Below, in pieces: positions 53,534-64,000 of a stretch of 64,000 nucleotides of DNA. A model generated the notes under the pieces. The model did not search any database and was not told the origin of the DNA. It saw only the letters and a list, made by a program, of their open reading frames with translations. The DNA comes from an uncultured Bacteroidota bacterium (lineage in GTDB: Bacteria; Bacteroidota; Ignavibacteria; Palsa-1295), in NCBI GenBank assembly GCA_963702215.1, contig OY969726.1, positions 3,288,609 to 3,352,608 of the forward strand, given 5' to 3'. Position 1 is the stretch's first letter. Each line of letters starts with the position of its first letter. Position numbers and translations under genes: made by a program.

Positions 53534-54736
53534 ATGTACGGAAAAGTCAAAGAGGAATTAACGAAGGAACTTCAGGCCATTCGGGACGCCGGTCTTTATA
53601 AGAACGAGCGGGAGATTACCACGCCGCAGGGTGTCGAAATCAAAGTCAAAGGTTCCGACAAAACCATTCTCAATTTTTGCGCGAATAATTATCTCGGGCT
53701 GTCGTCGCACCCGAAAGTGATCGAGGCGGCGCGGCGCGCGCTCGATACGCACGGCTACGGGATGTCCAGCGTGCGGTTTATTTGCGGCACGCAGGATTTG
53801 CACAAAGAGCTGGAACGCGAAATTTCGCGATTTTTGGGAACCGACGATACCATTCTTTACGTAGCCTGCTTCGATGCGAACGGCGGCGTGTTCGAGCCCC
53901 TTTTCGGTGAAGAGGATGCGATCATTTCGGACGAGTTGAATCACGCCTCCATCATCGATGGCGTCCGGCTCGCGAAAGCGAAGCGATTCCGTTACAAACA
54001 TGCCGATATGCGCGATCTCGAAGCGCAGTTACTGGATGCGCAATCCGCGCGGCGGCGCGTCGTCGTTACCGATGGCGTGTTTTCGATGGATGGCGATATT
54101 GCGAAGCTCTCGGAAATTTGCGATCTTGCCGATAGGTACGATTCGCTCGTGATGGTGGATGATTCCCATGCGACTGGCTTCGTCGGCAAAACGGGCCGAG
54201 GTTCCATCGAGCATGAAAATGTGATGGGCCGTGTCGATATGATTACTTCCACCTTAGGCAAAGCGCTGGGCGGCGCGGCGGGAGGGTTTACTTCGGGAAG
54301 GAAAGAGATTATCGAGATGCTCCGTCAGCGTTCGCGGCCGTATCTTTTTTCGAATACGCTTCCGCCGCCCATTGCCGGCGCCGCGCTCGAAGTTATTCAC
54401 ATGCTCGAATCCACGACGGAACTGCGCGACAAGCTCGAATCCAACACCCAATACTTCCGGGAACGAATGACCGAAGCCGGATTTGACATCAAGCCGGGAA
54501 TTCATCCCATCGTGCCGATCATGCTCTACGATGCGCCGCTCGCGCAGAAATTCGCCGCGCGTTTGCAGGACGAGGGAATTTATGTCACGGGATTTTTCTA
54601 CCCTGTCGTCGCCAAAGGGCAAGCACGTATTCGCGTCCAGATTTCCGCCGCGCACGAGCGGCATCATCTCGATCAGGCTATCGAGGCATTCACCAAAGTT
54701 GGCGAGGAGCTGGGCGTGCTGAAAGTAATGGCGTGA
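53534..54736 (+). CDS. kbl: glycine C-acetyltransferase (2-amino-3-ketobutyrate CoA ligase)
   Basis: Nearly collinear with E. coli Kbl: [56 protein letters not shown] (PLP-lysine). Confidence 0.9.
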   Translation: MYGKVKEELTKELQAIRDAGLYKNEREITTPQGVEIKVKGSDKTILNFCANNYLGLSSHPKVIEAARRALDTHGYGMSSVRFICGTQDLHKELEREISRFLGTDDTILYVACFDANGGVFEPLFGEEDAIISDELNHASIIDGVRLAKAKRFRYKHADMRDLEAQLLDAQSARRRVVVTDGVFSMDGDIAKLSEICDLADRYDSLVMVDDSHATGFVGKTGRGSIEHENVMGRVDMITSTLGKALGGAAGGFTSGRKEIIEMLRQRSRPYLFSNTLPPPIAGAALEVIHMLESTTELRDKLESNTQYFRERMTEAGFDIKPGIHPIVPIMLYDAPLAQKFAARLQDEGIYVTGFFYPVVAKGQARIRVQISAAHERHHLDQAIEAFTKVGEELGVLKVMA

Positions 54737-54788
54737 ACTGTAGCCGCGGCTTTCAGGTCACGGCGAGCGATTCAAATTGCCGGAATGA

Positions 54789-55217
54789 ATGGCAGGCAAA
54801 ATTTCGTTAAGTACCGATCTTGTCAAAGACGCCTCGATCATGAGGAGCACTCCACTTCATACAAAGGTTCTCGCGCTCGTTGGGATTACGGCTCTGGTGC
54901 TGCAACTCAGCGCCGTGCCGTTCGAGGCGTTCCTCTTTCATCTTAATCAGGACTACATTGCCCGCCATTTATGCGAGCATAAGACCCCGAATTGCAACGG
55001 GCATTGTTTTCTCATGAAGCAAATGGCGAAATCGAGCAATGCGTCAAAAGATAAAAATACTGAACGCACCGGTGGCCAGCTCGACGGACATTTTTTAGTT
55101 TCGGCGTTAAATAGTCTAACGCTCTTCCCAGCTCCGGCGACTTATCTTGCGCTTTCCTCCGAGCCCGCAGTAGCGGGTTGGCGTTCGACACTCTTGCAGC
55201 CTCCTCGAATTGGATAG
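54789..55217 (+). CDS. hypothetical small protein with an N-terminal TM/signal segment and a Cys/His cluster
   Basis: The likely start is MRSTPLHTKVLALVGITALVLQLSAVPF. Cys/His cluster HLCEHKTPNCNGHCF. Confidence 0.3.
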   Translation: MAGKISLSTDLVKDASIMRSTPLHTKVLALVGITALVLQLSAVPFEAFLFHLNQDYIARHLCEHKTPNCNGHCFLMKQMAKSSNASKDKNTERTGGQLDGHFLVSALNSLTLFPAPATYLALSSEPAVAGWRSTLLQPPRIG

Positions 55218-55310
55218 TCTCGTTCCACTCTCTTCCATCCTTCGTTAGGAACTATAACCTCGAATAGGACAATGGACCGGCATCGAGAAGCCGGAGTTTG
55301 TGCTATTCGT

Positions 55311-55343
55311 GGATGAGCGATCATCCAGGATGAGCGATCATCC
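55311..55343. promoter_or_regulatory. two tandem copies of a 16-bp palindrome (GGATGAGCGATCATCC), a candidate operator, 20-55 nt upstream of the beta-barrel gene
   Basis: GGATGA-GCGA-TCATCC, an A, then GGATGA-GCGA-TCATCC. The half-sites GGATGA and TCATCC are exact reverse complements. Confidence 0.5.
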
Positions 55344-55365
55344 AGCTATCCAATTTTGACCGTTG

Positions 55366-56370
55366 ATGAAAACCTTTAGTATTGCATTTTTTTCGATTCT
55401 CCTTTTCAGTATCTTAACCAACGCCATTCGAGCACAGGCTCCGCCAGGAATTTATTCTAATTGCGATTTCTGCATGTGTTCGATGGGCATCGCGCCGCTC
55501 ACGATGAATGGTTCCTCGGTTCGATTCGATTCACGATACACCGTTCTGGGTAAGCAGTACCTGAATGGCGACGGAATTCCGTTCCCAACGGACAAAGCGT
55601 ACGTCTCGAACGAGTCGTTTTTCTCGAACATGCTGACGCTCCGAGGAAATCTTTCGGACCAGCTTTCGGCCACCGTCATGGTTCCCTTCAAACATACCTC
55701 CGAGACGACAGTCGATCCGGTTGCGGGAACTACATCCACCATCCACAATTCGGGGATTGGCGACATGATGCTCATTTTCCAGGACCGCCTCATTTCGGAT
55801 CACGAGTGGGCCGACATGCGCATCGCCGCGGTGACCGCCGGCGTAAAATTCGCCAATGGCTCGACCTCGCTACTTGACGATGGCGAGCCCGCCGACCCGG
55901 ATGTGCAATTGGGAACCGGAACGACCGATTTCTACGCGGGTCTCTCGGGTTTGCTTGGGTTTTCGAACTGGAATATTCAGGCCGATGCACTCGGGTTGAT
56001 CCACGGTTTCGGAACCGGCGCGAGTGGACACACGTATGGCTCGAACCTGAATTACGATGTGAAAGCGGAATACCGGCTCTATATCGATCCCAGCTTCCAG
56101 CCCTCGTTGCTCAGCCCGACCGTTTTTGGCAGCTTCGCGATGCGTGGCGAATGGCGAACTTACGAGATGCAGGATGGCCAGCCGCTCGATAATGATTCGC
56201 TCGGTTGGTCCGGCGGGAACGTTATCTATGCAGCGCCGGGATTCCAGCTCTATCTTGCGCCCCGCATTTCACTGGACGCGGCCGTGTGGATACCAGTCCT
56301 GCATGCCTTGCCGGGAAACCAATTGGGTGAGACGGTTAAAGCATTGGCCGGGATTAGTATCGGGATGTAG
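55366..56370 (+). CDS. putative outer-membrane beta-barrel protein
   Basis: Signal peptide MKTFSIAFFSILLFSILTNAIRAQA. Alternating amphipathic strands and an aromatic-rich C-terminus. Overall resembles the OmpP1/FadL-like or MetA-pathway transporter fold. Confidence 0.4.
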   Translation: MKTFSIAFFSILLFSILTNAIRAQAPPGIYSNCDFCMCSMGIAPLTMNGSSVRFDSRYTVLGKQYLNGDGIPFPTDKAYVSNESFFSNMLTLRGNLSDQLSATVMVPFKHTSETTVDPVAGTTSTIHNSGIGDMMLIFQDRLISDHEWADMRIAAVTAGVKFANGSTSLLDDGEPADPDVQLGTGTTDFYAGLSGLLGFSNWNIQADALGLIHGFGTGASGHTYGSNLNYDVKAEYRLYIDPSFQPSLLSPTVFGSFAMRGEWRTYEMQDGQPLDNDSLGWSGGNVIYAAPGFQLYLAPRISLDAAVWIPVLHALPGNQLGETVKALAGISIGM

Positions 56371-56435
56371 AGTAACGAATGATGATGTTCGAATGAGGGA
56401 TGCTGAAGTAGGTGCTCGTATTCCTCATTCAACAC

Positions 56436-58904
56436 TCATCCTTTCCAATTAACGCGACGGACTTCGTTCCCGTCACTCACGAGGAGCACGGCGCCATCGC
56501 GATCCGTTCGCAAGACGCTCGCGCCGCCCGCCATCCATCGCCGCACAATTGCCGGAGCCGGATGGCCGAAGTGGTTATACTCGCCCACCGAAATAACCGC
56601 ATACTGGGGGCTGGCCCCCGCGATAAATGCTCGCGAAGAACTCGTCAAACTACCGTGATGTGCCACTTTCACCACGTTCGTGCGGAGAAAGCTGCCGTAA
56701 TTCGCAAGCATCGCTTCCTCATCGCTCCGTTCGAGATCGCCCAAAAAGAGAAAGCTTGTATGGCGATAAACAAGTTTGAATGCCAGCATTCCGTTATGGA
56801 TGTTTTCTCCGTAGTCGGTAAGTTCCGACGTTCGAACGTGTGGATCGGGGCTGGTGACATACAACACCAAATCGGAATCGAGCTGTAATGTATCGCCGCG
56901 CGCAAGCACACGCGTGAGAACGCGGAAACTATTAGCTTCGGTATCCAATTGGCGGGCGAGGAAACCGGGAACACGCTCGCCGCTCGAATAAAGCGCTCCC
57001 ACGCTACAATGTTCGAGCACGGCCGGCGCGCCGCCATAGTGATCCACATGCATGTGGCTGATAAAGCCGGCATCGATCCTCATAATATCCTCAGCGCGGA
57101 GAAATGGCAGCGCTGCCTGCTCAATGGCTGCGCCAGAGTAATTCGCCTTTCCAAAGTCGATGAAATAGTTTTTTCCCGCGGGCGTGTGAAGCAGAATGCA
57201 ATCGCCCTGGCCGACATCGAAAAACATGACTTGAAGCTTCCCCTCGTTTCGCGCCAATACGGAATTCGAGAAGGGCACTCCGATTTCGAAGAGCGCGAAA
57301 AACGCTGCAAGCGAAAGCAGGATTCGTCCCGCAAATTGCGGCCTCGCTGTTGCACGAACGCAATATAGAATGGCGGCGGCAAGCAATGTGAGAAAAATCC
57401 AATTGGGAGGTGCTGCCGCGTGTGCCGCATGAGGGAGATGCGCTGAAAAATGTGTCAGCAGAAGGAGCGCATGTGTCAGATACGTCGCGGCCTCGCCATA
57501 AAGTTGGCCAAGCCATTGCGAGATGGCTGTGACCGGAATGAGCAGAAACCCAAGCGCGGTGATGATCGCGGAAAGGGGAACCAGCGGCACGTTCGCGGCG
57601 AGGCCAATGAACGAGATGCGATAAAAATGCGTCGCGATTACCGGATAGGATGCCAGCGAGGCGCCGATGGAAAGCGCGGTTGCAGTTCCCACTTCTCGCG
57701 CGAAGCGGGAGTGAAGCAGGCGCCCGTCGCTTCCCGCAGCAGGGAGCATATTCGGCGTTTCATTGCGGAAAAACCAGAGTATTTTCGGAGCAATCACAAT
57801 CATTCCCAAGACGCCGGCATAGGAAAGCTGGAACCCGACATCGAACAGATCGAAGGGACGCAATACCAGGTTGATCGCAGCCGCGCTCATCACAATGTTC
57901 AGCGGATCGGGTTTGCGTTCAAGGAGGCGAGCGGTAAGATAGAACTCGATCATGAGGAGCGCTCGAACGACGCTCGGCTGGAAGCCAACGATGGCGGCAT
58001 AGAGCAAGACCGTTCCCATCGTAATTGCCGTGCGGGTCCGGAACCCATAAATTCCGAAGAGACGGAGAAGCTGTGCAACGACGAGCGCGACGATCGCAAC
58101 ATTAAATCCGCTCACGGCCAAAATATGGGCCACGCCGGACGTTGTGAAATCGCCAAGCGTTTCTTTATCCATATCGCTCCGATCGCCGAGGACGACGGCT
58201 TCCACAAACCCTCGCGCATCGGGATCGGCAATTGCTGAATCGAGCAAGGTAAGAATCGCACTATGTGCGGCAGCCACCGTATTCGATATGCCGCTCAGGA
58301 TTCCGGGAGGCGGTCTGCTCAGAATGTAATAATCGAATCGCGATTCAATATGACCCTGCGCTTCCGCGTCGAGTTGGCGCTGAATCCTCCGATCACTGGC
58401 AAACTCGAATGGGTTGGTTGCACTCTGGAATGGTTCCAGTGAGCAATAGACGCGTAGCCGGGCTCCGGCATCCGGCCGGCGAACATGCCCGTGCGCGCTT
58501 TTGGAAAGATAAAGAATGATTCTACCGGCGATGGGTACCGCATGATCGCGTGAGATGGCAAGGCTGTCCGTTTCGAAAAGCCACTGGTATTCCCGTTTGG
58601 TTTCATCGGTCGAGAGGAGTGTGCCGGTAACGACAACGCTGGCAGGCTTCAGCGACGCGATGTTCGTGAGCGTCGTATCGCGATAGCTTGTCCATTCAAG
58701 CGAAGCGAGCAAAGCGCCGATGAGTGCAAGGGCCGCGGCGAGCGATAAAAGCCGCACGAGCAAATTTTGCCTGAGAACGAGTAAGAGAAGTATCCCGGCA
58801 AGCGCGAATGGACCGATCGCCGGGATTAGCGTTGGGAATTGCGCTGCCAGCGAAATACCGAGCGCAAGCGAAGCGGCTGCAAAAAAAGCGGGACGATGTA
58901 TCAC
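56436..58904 (-). CDS. comEC: DNA internalisation/competence protein ComEC/Rec2 (membrane domain plus C-terminal metallo-beta-lactamase domain)
   Basis: 822 aa, polytopic. C-terminus ...DAGFISHMHVDHYGGAPAVL...KVAHHGSLTSSSRAFIAGASPQYAVISVGEYNHFGHP. Confidence 0.8.
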   Translation of the reverse strand: MIHRPAFFAAASLALGISLAAQFPTLIPAIGPFALAGILLLLVLRQNLLVRLLSLAAALALIGALLASLEWTSYRDTTLTNIASLKPASVVVTGTLLSTDETKREYQWLFETDSLAISRDHAVPIAGRIILYLSKSAHGHVRRPDAGARLRVYCSLEPFQSATNPFEFASDRRIQRQLDAEAQGHIESRFDYYILSRPPPGILSGISNTVAAAHSAILTLLDSAIADPDARGFVEAVVLGDRSDMDKETLGDFTTSGVAHILAVSGFNVAIVALVVAQLLRLFGIYGFRTRTAITMGTVLLYAAIVGFQPSVVRALLMIEFYLTARLLERKPDPLNIVMSAAAINLVLRPFDLFDVGFQLSYAGVLGMIVIAPKILWFFRNETPNMLPAAGSDGRLLHSRFAREVGTATALSIGASLASYPVIATHFYRISFIGLAANVPLVPLSAIITALGFLLIPVTAISQWLGQLYGEAATYLTHALLLLTHFSAHLPHAAHAAAPPNWIFLTLLAAAILYCVRATARPQFAGRILLSLAAFFALFEIGVPFSNSVLARNEGKLQVMFFDVGQGDCILLHTPAGKNYFIDFGKANYSGAAIEQAALPFLRAEDIMRIDAGFISHMHVDHYGGAPAVLEHCSVGALYSSGERVPGFLARQLDTEANSFRVLTRVLARGDTLQLDSDLVLYVTSPDPHVRTSELTDYGENIHNGMLAFKLVYRHTSFLFLGDLERSDEEAMLANYGSFLRTNVVKVAHHGSLTSSSRAFIAGASPQYAVISVGEYNHFGHPAPAIVRRWMAGGASVLRTDRDGAVLLVSDGNEVRRVNWKG

Positions 58905-58946
58905 TGACGCACCTGAACCGGAATGACGCGGGTCGTAATCCTGGTT

Positions 58947-61900
58947 CTACTTCTGGATAATAAACTTCCTCGCGCTTCGGTAATTACCGGCGGTCATGCG
59001 GAGGAGGTAGGCGCCATTCGGCAAGCTTGACGCGGCGAGCGACGCGGTGTAATAGCCCGGCAGCTTCGTATCGCTTACGAGTGTGGCAACGATTGTTCCT
59101 TCGGCATCGGCAACGTCGATCGTGACTGGAACGTTCTCATCGGTGCTGGATGATCGGTCATCCACCAGCCCGATGTCATACGAGACGGTCACATTTCGAT
59201 TGGCGGGATTGGGGGTTGGGTTCCCGAGCATCATATCGGTCGGGAAGGCCGGTTGTTCTTCGAAGATACTGCGTATCGCAAGCGGGATCGACCTGCGCGT
59301 ATCCGCTATCGTAAATATGATCGGCACACGCGGATTGGACGAGCGAATTATCGAATATAATGTCAAACCGAATCGGGAACCCCTTTTTGAACGTCTGCGG
59401 GTCCGCGCCGGCGAGATTCGGTTGGAACTTTAGATAGAGGAGCGGCTCGCCGAATGGCGCGGGTGTTGCCGTTGGCCCCCCGCCCGTGATCGGGGTAACG
59501 GGGCCGGATATACCTTCACCGCCTTGCTCGCAGAGGATCGTGTCGCGGCCCGGCGGCGAGGATGCAAAAATCGCCGGATACGTCGAGGTTGGCGTCAGGG
59601 TCTGGTTCGTGATGACATCGACGAGCCTCAGGTTCAGCGAATCGTAATACACATGAAGCTGGTAGCCGCTCGGGGAAAACGGCGTTAAATCCGTTTTGGC
59701 ATAGATGGGTACCAGGAACGAATTATCGAGCGCGTACGCATGGACGTTCAGCTGAGCGGCGAGTTCGAGCGTAAGCTTATCGCCCGTCCCGGAAAGTTGC
59801 ACGGTATCCGGCGGTGTGTTTTTGGGAAGACTGAAGGAAAGAATCGCCATCGCATGCTTCACGCCTCGGCCGGTGGGAAGGAAACTTACCTGGATGGTTC
59901 CCGTCTGTCGCGCGGGGATCACGAGCGGCGTTTGCGTGGCCACGGCGAAGTCGGTTGCATCGGCTCCGGCGATGACGGCATTCGTTACCGTGACCGGCAA
60001 ATCGTTCGGATTCACGATGGGTACATTGAAGAAGGAATCGTCACAGACCATCGTCGTGCCCCATCCAACGGTATCGACCGCGGTCGAGAGCGGGGAAATG
60101 GTTTCGACTCGGCCCACGAGGTAAACTTTGTGCGAGCTCGAAAGAGATGAGATGGTGATCGAGTCGAGATAGGGTCCATTCCCCTGCCCGAACGGCAGGA
60201 ACCGGAGTCCCACACGGGCGGAACCGGAGGGCGGTTCCCCTATCGTGAACGGAAGGGTGGCGGTCGCGCCTCAATAGATGACTCCCGTCTGTGTAAAGAC
60301 GGGCGTGCTCGGTCCGGTAATGGAGTTGACCGTCATTGTAGCGGTTCCCGCATTGCCGACATATACCTCGGAATCGACCGAAGCGTCGCTCTTCGTGAAG
60401 GTTCCGAAGTCGATGGTATCGACGGTAACGGTCTTATTCGTATCGCTGAAGACACCCATATCGTCGGACACGCCTCGGCCATAGACATCCACCACGTAGG
60501 CGCGAAGATGGTCGGTGCTCGCGGTAATCTGGGTGTGCATCCGCCGATTCACTTCATGGGGCCAGAATTCGATCGTCATCGCCCCGGTCTCTCCCGGTTT
60601 GATCGTGTAAGCGGCGGTCGGCGAACATACGGGGTCAATCACATGGAATCGATCCGTATCCTGGATGCGGCGAGGAAATCCATAGATATTTACGGTATCC
60701 TCCGATATATTCTGAAGATAGACGGTCGTATCGAATGTGCCGCTCGGATACCCGTAATTATTGGTCGGCTGCGTCTCCGCGGTGGTAAGCTCCCGGTCTC
60801 CAAAATCAATGACCAGCCCGACGGTCTTTAGCGGCGTGATCGTTTTGAGCGATGTGCCGCCGGTATAGGCGTAGCTATCGACGGGCCCCAGCGCATAGAC
60901 GGTTATCCCAAAGGGCTTAGCGCCATAAATATTGTGGGTTCCCTGCGCGAGCAGTTGGTGCTGCGCATAAACGAAGCGCGAATTGGGGATTGGCTTGAAT
61001 TCGCTCGCATTCATAGGCTGGCCATCCAGCACCATCGTATTGATCGAACTGGCATCCGCGACGATATTCACAAAATTACCCGTGAACGCATCGGCATTGA
61101 CGACGCTGACGAATGTGTACGCCGTATCGTATTGCTCGACGGGATACACCAGCGCGAGCGCGGGGTCGCCATAGGCCAGGGGTTCGCCCGGCCGAGGCTG
61201 CAGGACACCATAGCTCGTGTGCATGTACTGCCCAACCTGAATTGGGTTCGAAGCCTGAATCGAGGTGACGCCCGAAAGCTGTGTAATCTCGTAAAAATCT
61301 CCGGCATTGAATGTCTGGCCCACATCCACGCCATTAACAGAGATGCGTGTGCCGTCCTCGGCGCAGATCGCCCGAACCAGGTCCGGCCTTGCGGAAGTGG
61401 CGAAGGGGACGACAAGCGCCGAATCGCCCCATGCGCTTACGGGCGGCAATTGCTCGACCAATAAGTCGCGACTCACTTCTCCATCCTTGTTCGCCGCGCC
61501 ATTCGGAATTTCCGTCCGCTTATGACCGCTTAATACCGCAATGGGATAATCGGATTCGATCAGGCTGCCGGTAAGATCGTTCGCACCATGCGTAGGGTCC
61601 CCCTGGACGAGATAGACATCGCCCGCGTTCATGCGTACTTGAACCGCGGAGTTGGCGGGTGTTCCGATCGAGGACGTTGCCTTGAGCGTGACGGTTACGT
61701 TCGTCGAATCGTGCGTGGCGACGATCACGAATTCGCCGGGTGTATCGCCGTCGCCGCGAGGATAGGCTTCAGGTTCGGAACGTTTGATAATTGATGGTCC
61801 GGTATTCGGTTCCAAGCACGTTGACGGGCAGCGCCATGAATGCATCGCTCGAATATTGTTTGTGATTCATGCCAAACACCGCGATTGCGCTATCGCTCGT

Positions 61901-62362
61901 GATATGAACCGCCATGCCATGCACAACTTGCTGATCGGCCGATTCCGGCAAGAGCACGCTAGGCCCATTAAAATTGGAGGGTAGGACGATGGTCGTAATT
62001 TGCCCGGGCGTGGTGTTGAAGGTTTGATAAAAGTTCAACGCGGGAATATCGACTTCGCCGCGAGCGGCAACGCGACTTGTCAGGTAGAGTGCATCCATAT
62101 TGTAGGATTCGTCACCGCTGCCTTCGTTCGGGAAAAACGCGACGTAAAACTCAGTGCCGAGGTTATTGCGGTTTGTGACTTGCGCGACGCTCCGCCGGGG
62201 ATGAACGATCATCCCGGCCACACAAAGTGAGGCGAAGAGCAATAGAATTGCGAACCTGCGATTCACGAGAAGCCGTGGGAAAATAAGAATGAGAAACCGA
62301 TGCGCCTCGGAGAATGATGACCCGTTCACCGCGCACCCTGGATAGAACCCCGGAAAACTCAA
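58947..62362 (-). pseudogene. large T9SS cargo protein (IgGFc-binding-like N-terminal domain, then repeats, then a T9SS C-terminal domain), disrupted by two frameshifts and one in-frame TGA
   Basis: Four consecutive - strand ORFs cover it: 61769..62362 (signal, then GTEFYVAFFPNEG...LGTEYRTINY), 60271..61845 (...PGEFVIVATHDSTNVTVTL...), 59176..60213 (in the same frame as the previous ORF, separated only by the TGA at 60271..60273) and 58947..59366 (T9SS C-terminal domain GNPTPNPANRNVTVSYDIGL...AYLLRMTAGNYRSARKFIIQK). Confidence 0.6.
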
Positions 62363-62417
62363 TAAGTTACAAGAAAAATGGAGAAAATATTTTTACCGGT
62401 CTCTGAAGAAAACCGCC

Positions 62418-64000
62418 CTACTTCTCCACTTCCACGCTCAACACCTTTACCGCCGGGATTCCGCCGATTGCCGGCGTAGCAACTACGCGGAGGAACGCAG
62501 CGCCCGAGCGGGGAAGCAGCTTCGGATTCAACTCGACCGTACCCGCTCCCACGCCAACACTCGTTTCCGATTCGCCCGTTTTTTCTCCGGTTTCGTTAAA
62601 CACTTCGGTCCGGATGAGACTTGGCTCAGCGGCCGTATATCCGAAGGAAACTCCGCCCGAATGATCCACTGGATTCGGCCACGCGCCAATTAACGTAAAG
62701 AATGGCGAGTCATGCCGCATGAAGGCGCGGATCGTCGGGTCGCCACAGTCATCGCCGTATGGAATCGAAAGCGTGAAGCTCTGCAAATTATAGGCACATG
62801 GATGGTGCGCCCAGGTGAATGTCGGTGTCACGGTAACGACGGTATCGGTCGTTAAATAGGCGCGCATCAGAATCGAAAGCAGGAGATCGTTCCTAATCTT
62901 GGCGGAATCCGAAACCGCAGAGCCGGTTACTACGATCGTGAAGGTGCGCGTGGCCTGATCCCAATGCGTGGTCATCGTGAATGTGGAATCGCCGCGCACA
63001 GCGAGCGCATTCGCCGTGTCGATGCCAACCGGTTCGAAGAGATCGTTCGAAAATTTAAGCGAGAGCGTCCAGCTATTTAATTCTGAAACGCCCGCGCGCG
63101 GGCCCTGAACCGTGAGGGGCAGTTTGAGGTCGTTCACATCGTTGGCGCTCGCCGGATAGGTGGGCAAATGCGCAAGCAGCGTAAATGTACGCTGCTTTCG
63201 CATGAGGATGGCCGTAACCGTATCGACGATCGCCGGCTCACCATCCTCATGCCGCTGGAAGAGTCCCATCTTTAGTATCTGCGGGCCATTCAGGCTATCG
63301 GGCGGAAAGGAAAAAACGATCGGAAGCTTATAGCTGCCATAAGGCGGAAGCGAAATTTGTGGAACGATATCCTTCGGAAGGCTGAACCCTGCGGTATCCG
63401 AAAGGAAGGCAATGCTATCGATATGCATCTCGACCGGAAACGGGTTATGGACGACAACAGTATCGGTCACCGCGTCACAGGTAGTGATGGTATCGAAGTT
63501 CAGCGTGTCCGGCCCAATGGCGCCAGAGCGGACCTTTGCCTTGAGGATAATTGCCGGCTGGTAATTCCGATATTGGGGATAGAGCCCGTAGCGGGTGTCA
63601 TTGGCGACGAAGAGGGTATCCATAAAATCGCCCTCTTCGGCGATATGGAACTGAATGGTTCCGGGAAGCGTCAAGCCGGTATCGAGCTTCTCGTTCAATG
63701 AATTTCCCGCTTGGTTTAACAAGACGGTGAAATGCTGAGCGGTATCGTAGGCAAGGTAATCCAGCAGACCTGGCATCGTTCCCATGTTGGAGACGGCGAA
63801 GGTTGTATCCGCGGCAGAATCGAGCATCGAAGTGGGAAGGATGTTTATCGTTCCGAAGTCGATCGTATCCGGGCTTACGAGGACGAGCGGTTCCACCCCG
63901 CGGCCCACGAACGTATCGTAGATCGTTCCCGCATCGAGGGTGTGAATCCGGAGGATAAGCTGCTTCATCCCAAGCGACTTAGGAATAAACTGCACCGTAA
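62418..64000 (-). CDS. T9SS C-terminal-domain secreted protein, 5' end probably beyond the window
   Basis: C-terminal T9SS domain ...AWPNPVDHSGGVSFGYTAAEPSLIRTEVFNETGEKTGE...AAFLRVVATPAIGGIPAVKVLSVEVEK. The frame is still open at the window edge. Confidence 0.5.
   Translation of the reverse strand, partial: TVQFIPKSLGMKQLILRIHTLDAGTIYDTFVGRGVEPLVLVSPDTIDFGTINILPTSMLDSAADTTFAVSNMGTMPGLLDYLAYDTAQHFTVLLNQAGNSLNEKLDTGLTLPGTIQFHIAEEGDFMDTLFVANDTRYGLYPQYRNYQPAIILKAKVRSGAIGPDTLNFDTITTCDAVTDTVVVHNPFPVEMHIDSIAFLSDTAGFSLPKDIVPQISLPPYGSYKLPIVFSFPPDSLNGPQILKMGLFQRHEDGEPAIVDTVTAILMRKQRTFTLLAHLPTYPASANDVNDLKLPLTVQGPRAGVSELNSWTLSLKFSNDLFEPVGIDTANALAVRGDSTFTMTTHWDQATRTFTIVVTGSAVSDSAKIRNDLLLSILMRAYLTTDTVVTVTPTFTWAHHPCAYNLQSFTLSIPYGDDCGDPTIRAFMRHDSPFFTLIGAWPNPVDHSGGVSFGYTAAEPSLIRTEVFNETGEKTGESETSVGVGAGTVELNPKLLPRSGAAFLRVVATPAIGGIPAVKVLSVEVEK

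Noticed and set aside
60271-60273. Alternative genetic code in which TGA is a sense codon
   Set aside because: TGA terminates several conserved genes here (leuS, the glucoamylase) exactly where orthologues end.

Overview
This ~64 kb window comes from a high-GC chromosome (visually well above 50% GC outside the restriction-modification island; GC was not computed). It looks like an FCB-group bacterium (Bacteroidota/Ignavibacteriota/Chlorobiota-like), for two reasons. At least seven secreted proteins end in a type IX secretion (T9SS) C-terminal sorting domain, and almost no gene has a Shine-Dalgarno sequence upstream. The backbone is ordinary housekeeping, listed here in window order: pheT (partial), a SufS-like cysteine desulfurase, pheS, an ECF sigma/anti-sigma pair, a glucoamylase-gnd-zwf carbohydrate cluster, tRNA-Leu, leuS, ddl, nuoG-nuoH-nuoI, fmt, rarA, cmk, tRNA-Asp, tRNA-Ala, kbl and comEC. 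Two things stand out. First, at least eight genes are split by single frameshifts, including the essential pheS, leuS and nuoH, and one large gene also carries an in-frame TGA. This pattern most likely reflects assembly indel errors and needs read-level checking. Second, a lower-GC ~5 kb island sits between a BNR-repeat gene and rarA. It carries a Type IIG (MmeI/Eco57I-like) restriction-modification gene that contains three in-frame palindromic insertions. Downstream of it, the ~100-nt 3' tail of the R-M gene is repeated three times, and each copy precedes a different small gene. The island ends in a large nested inverted repeat. Smaller observations are a conserved stem-loop at the 3' ends of zwf and kbl, a tandem palindromic operator-like site, and an ECF sigma/anti-sigma/lipoprotein triad that shares a novel periplasmic domain.
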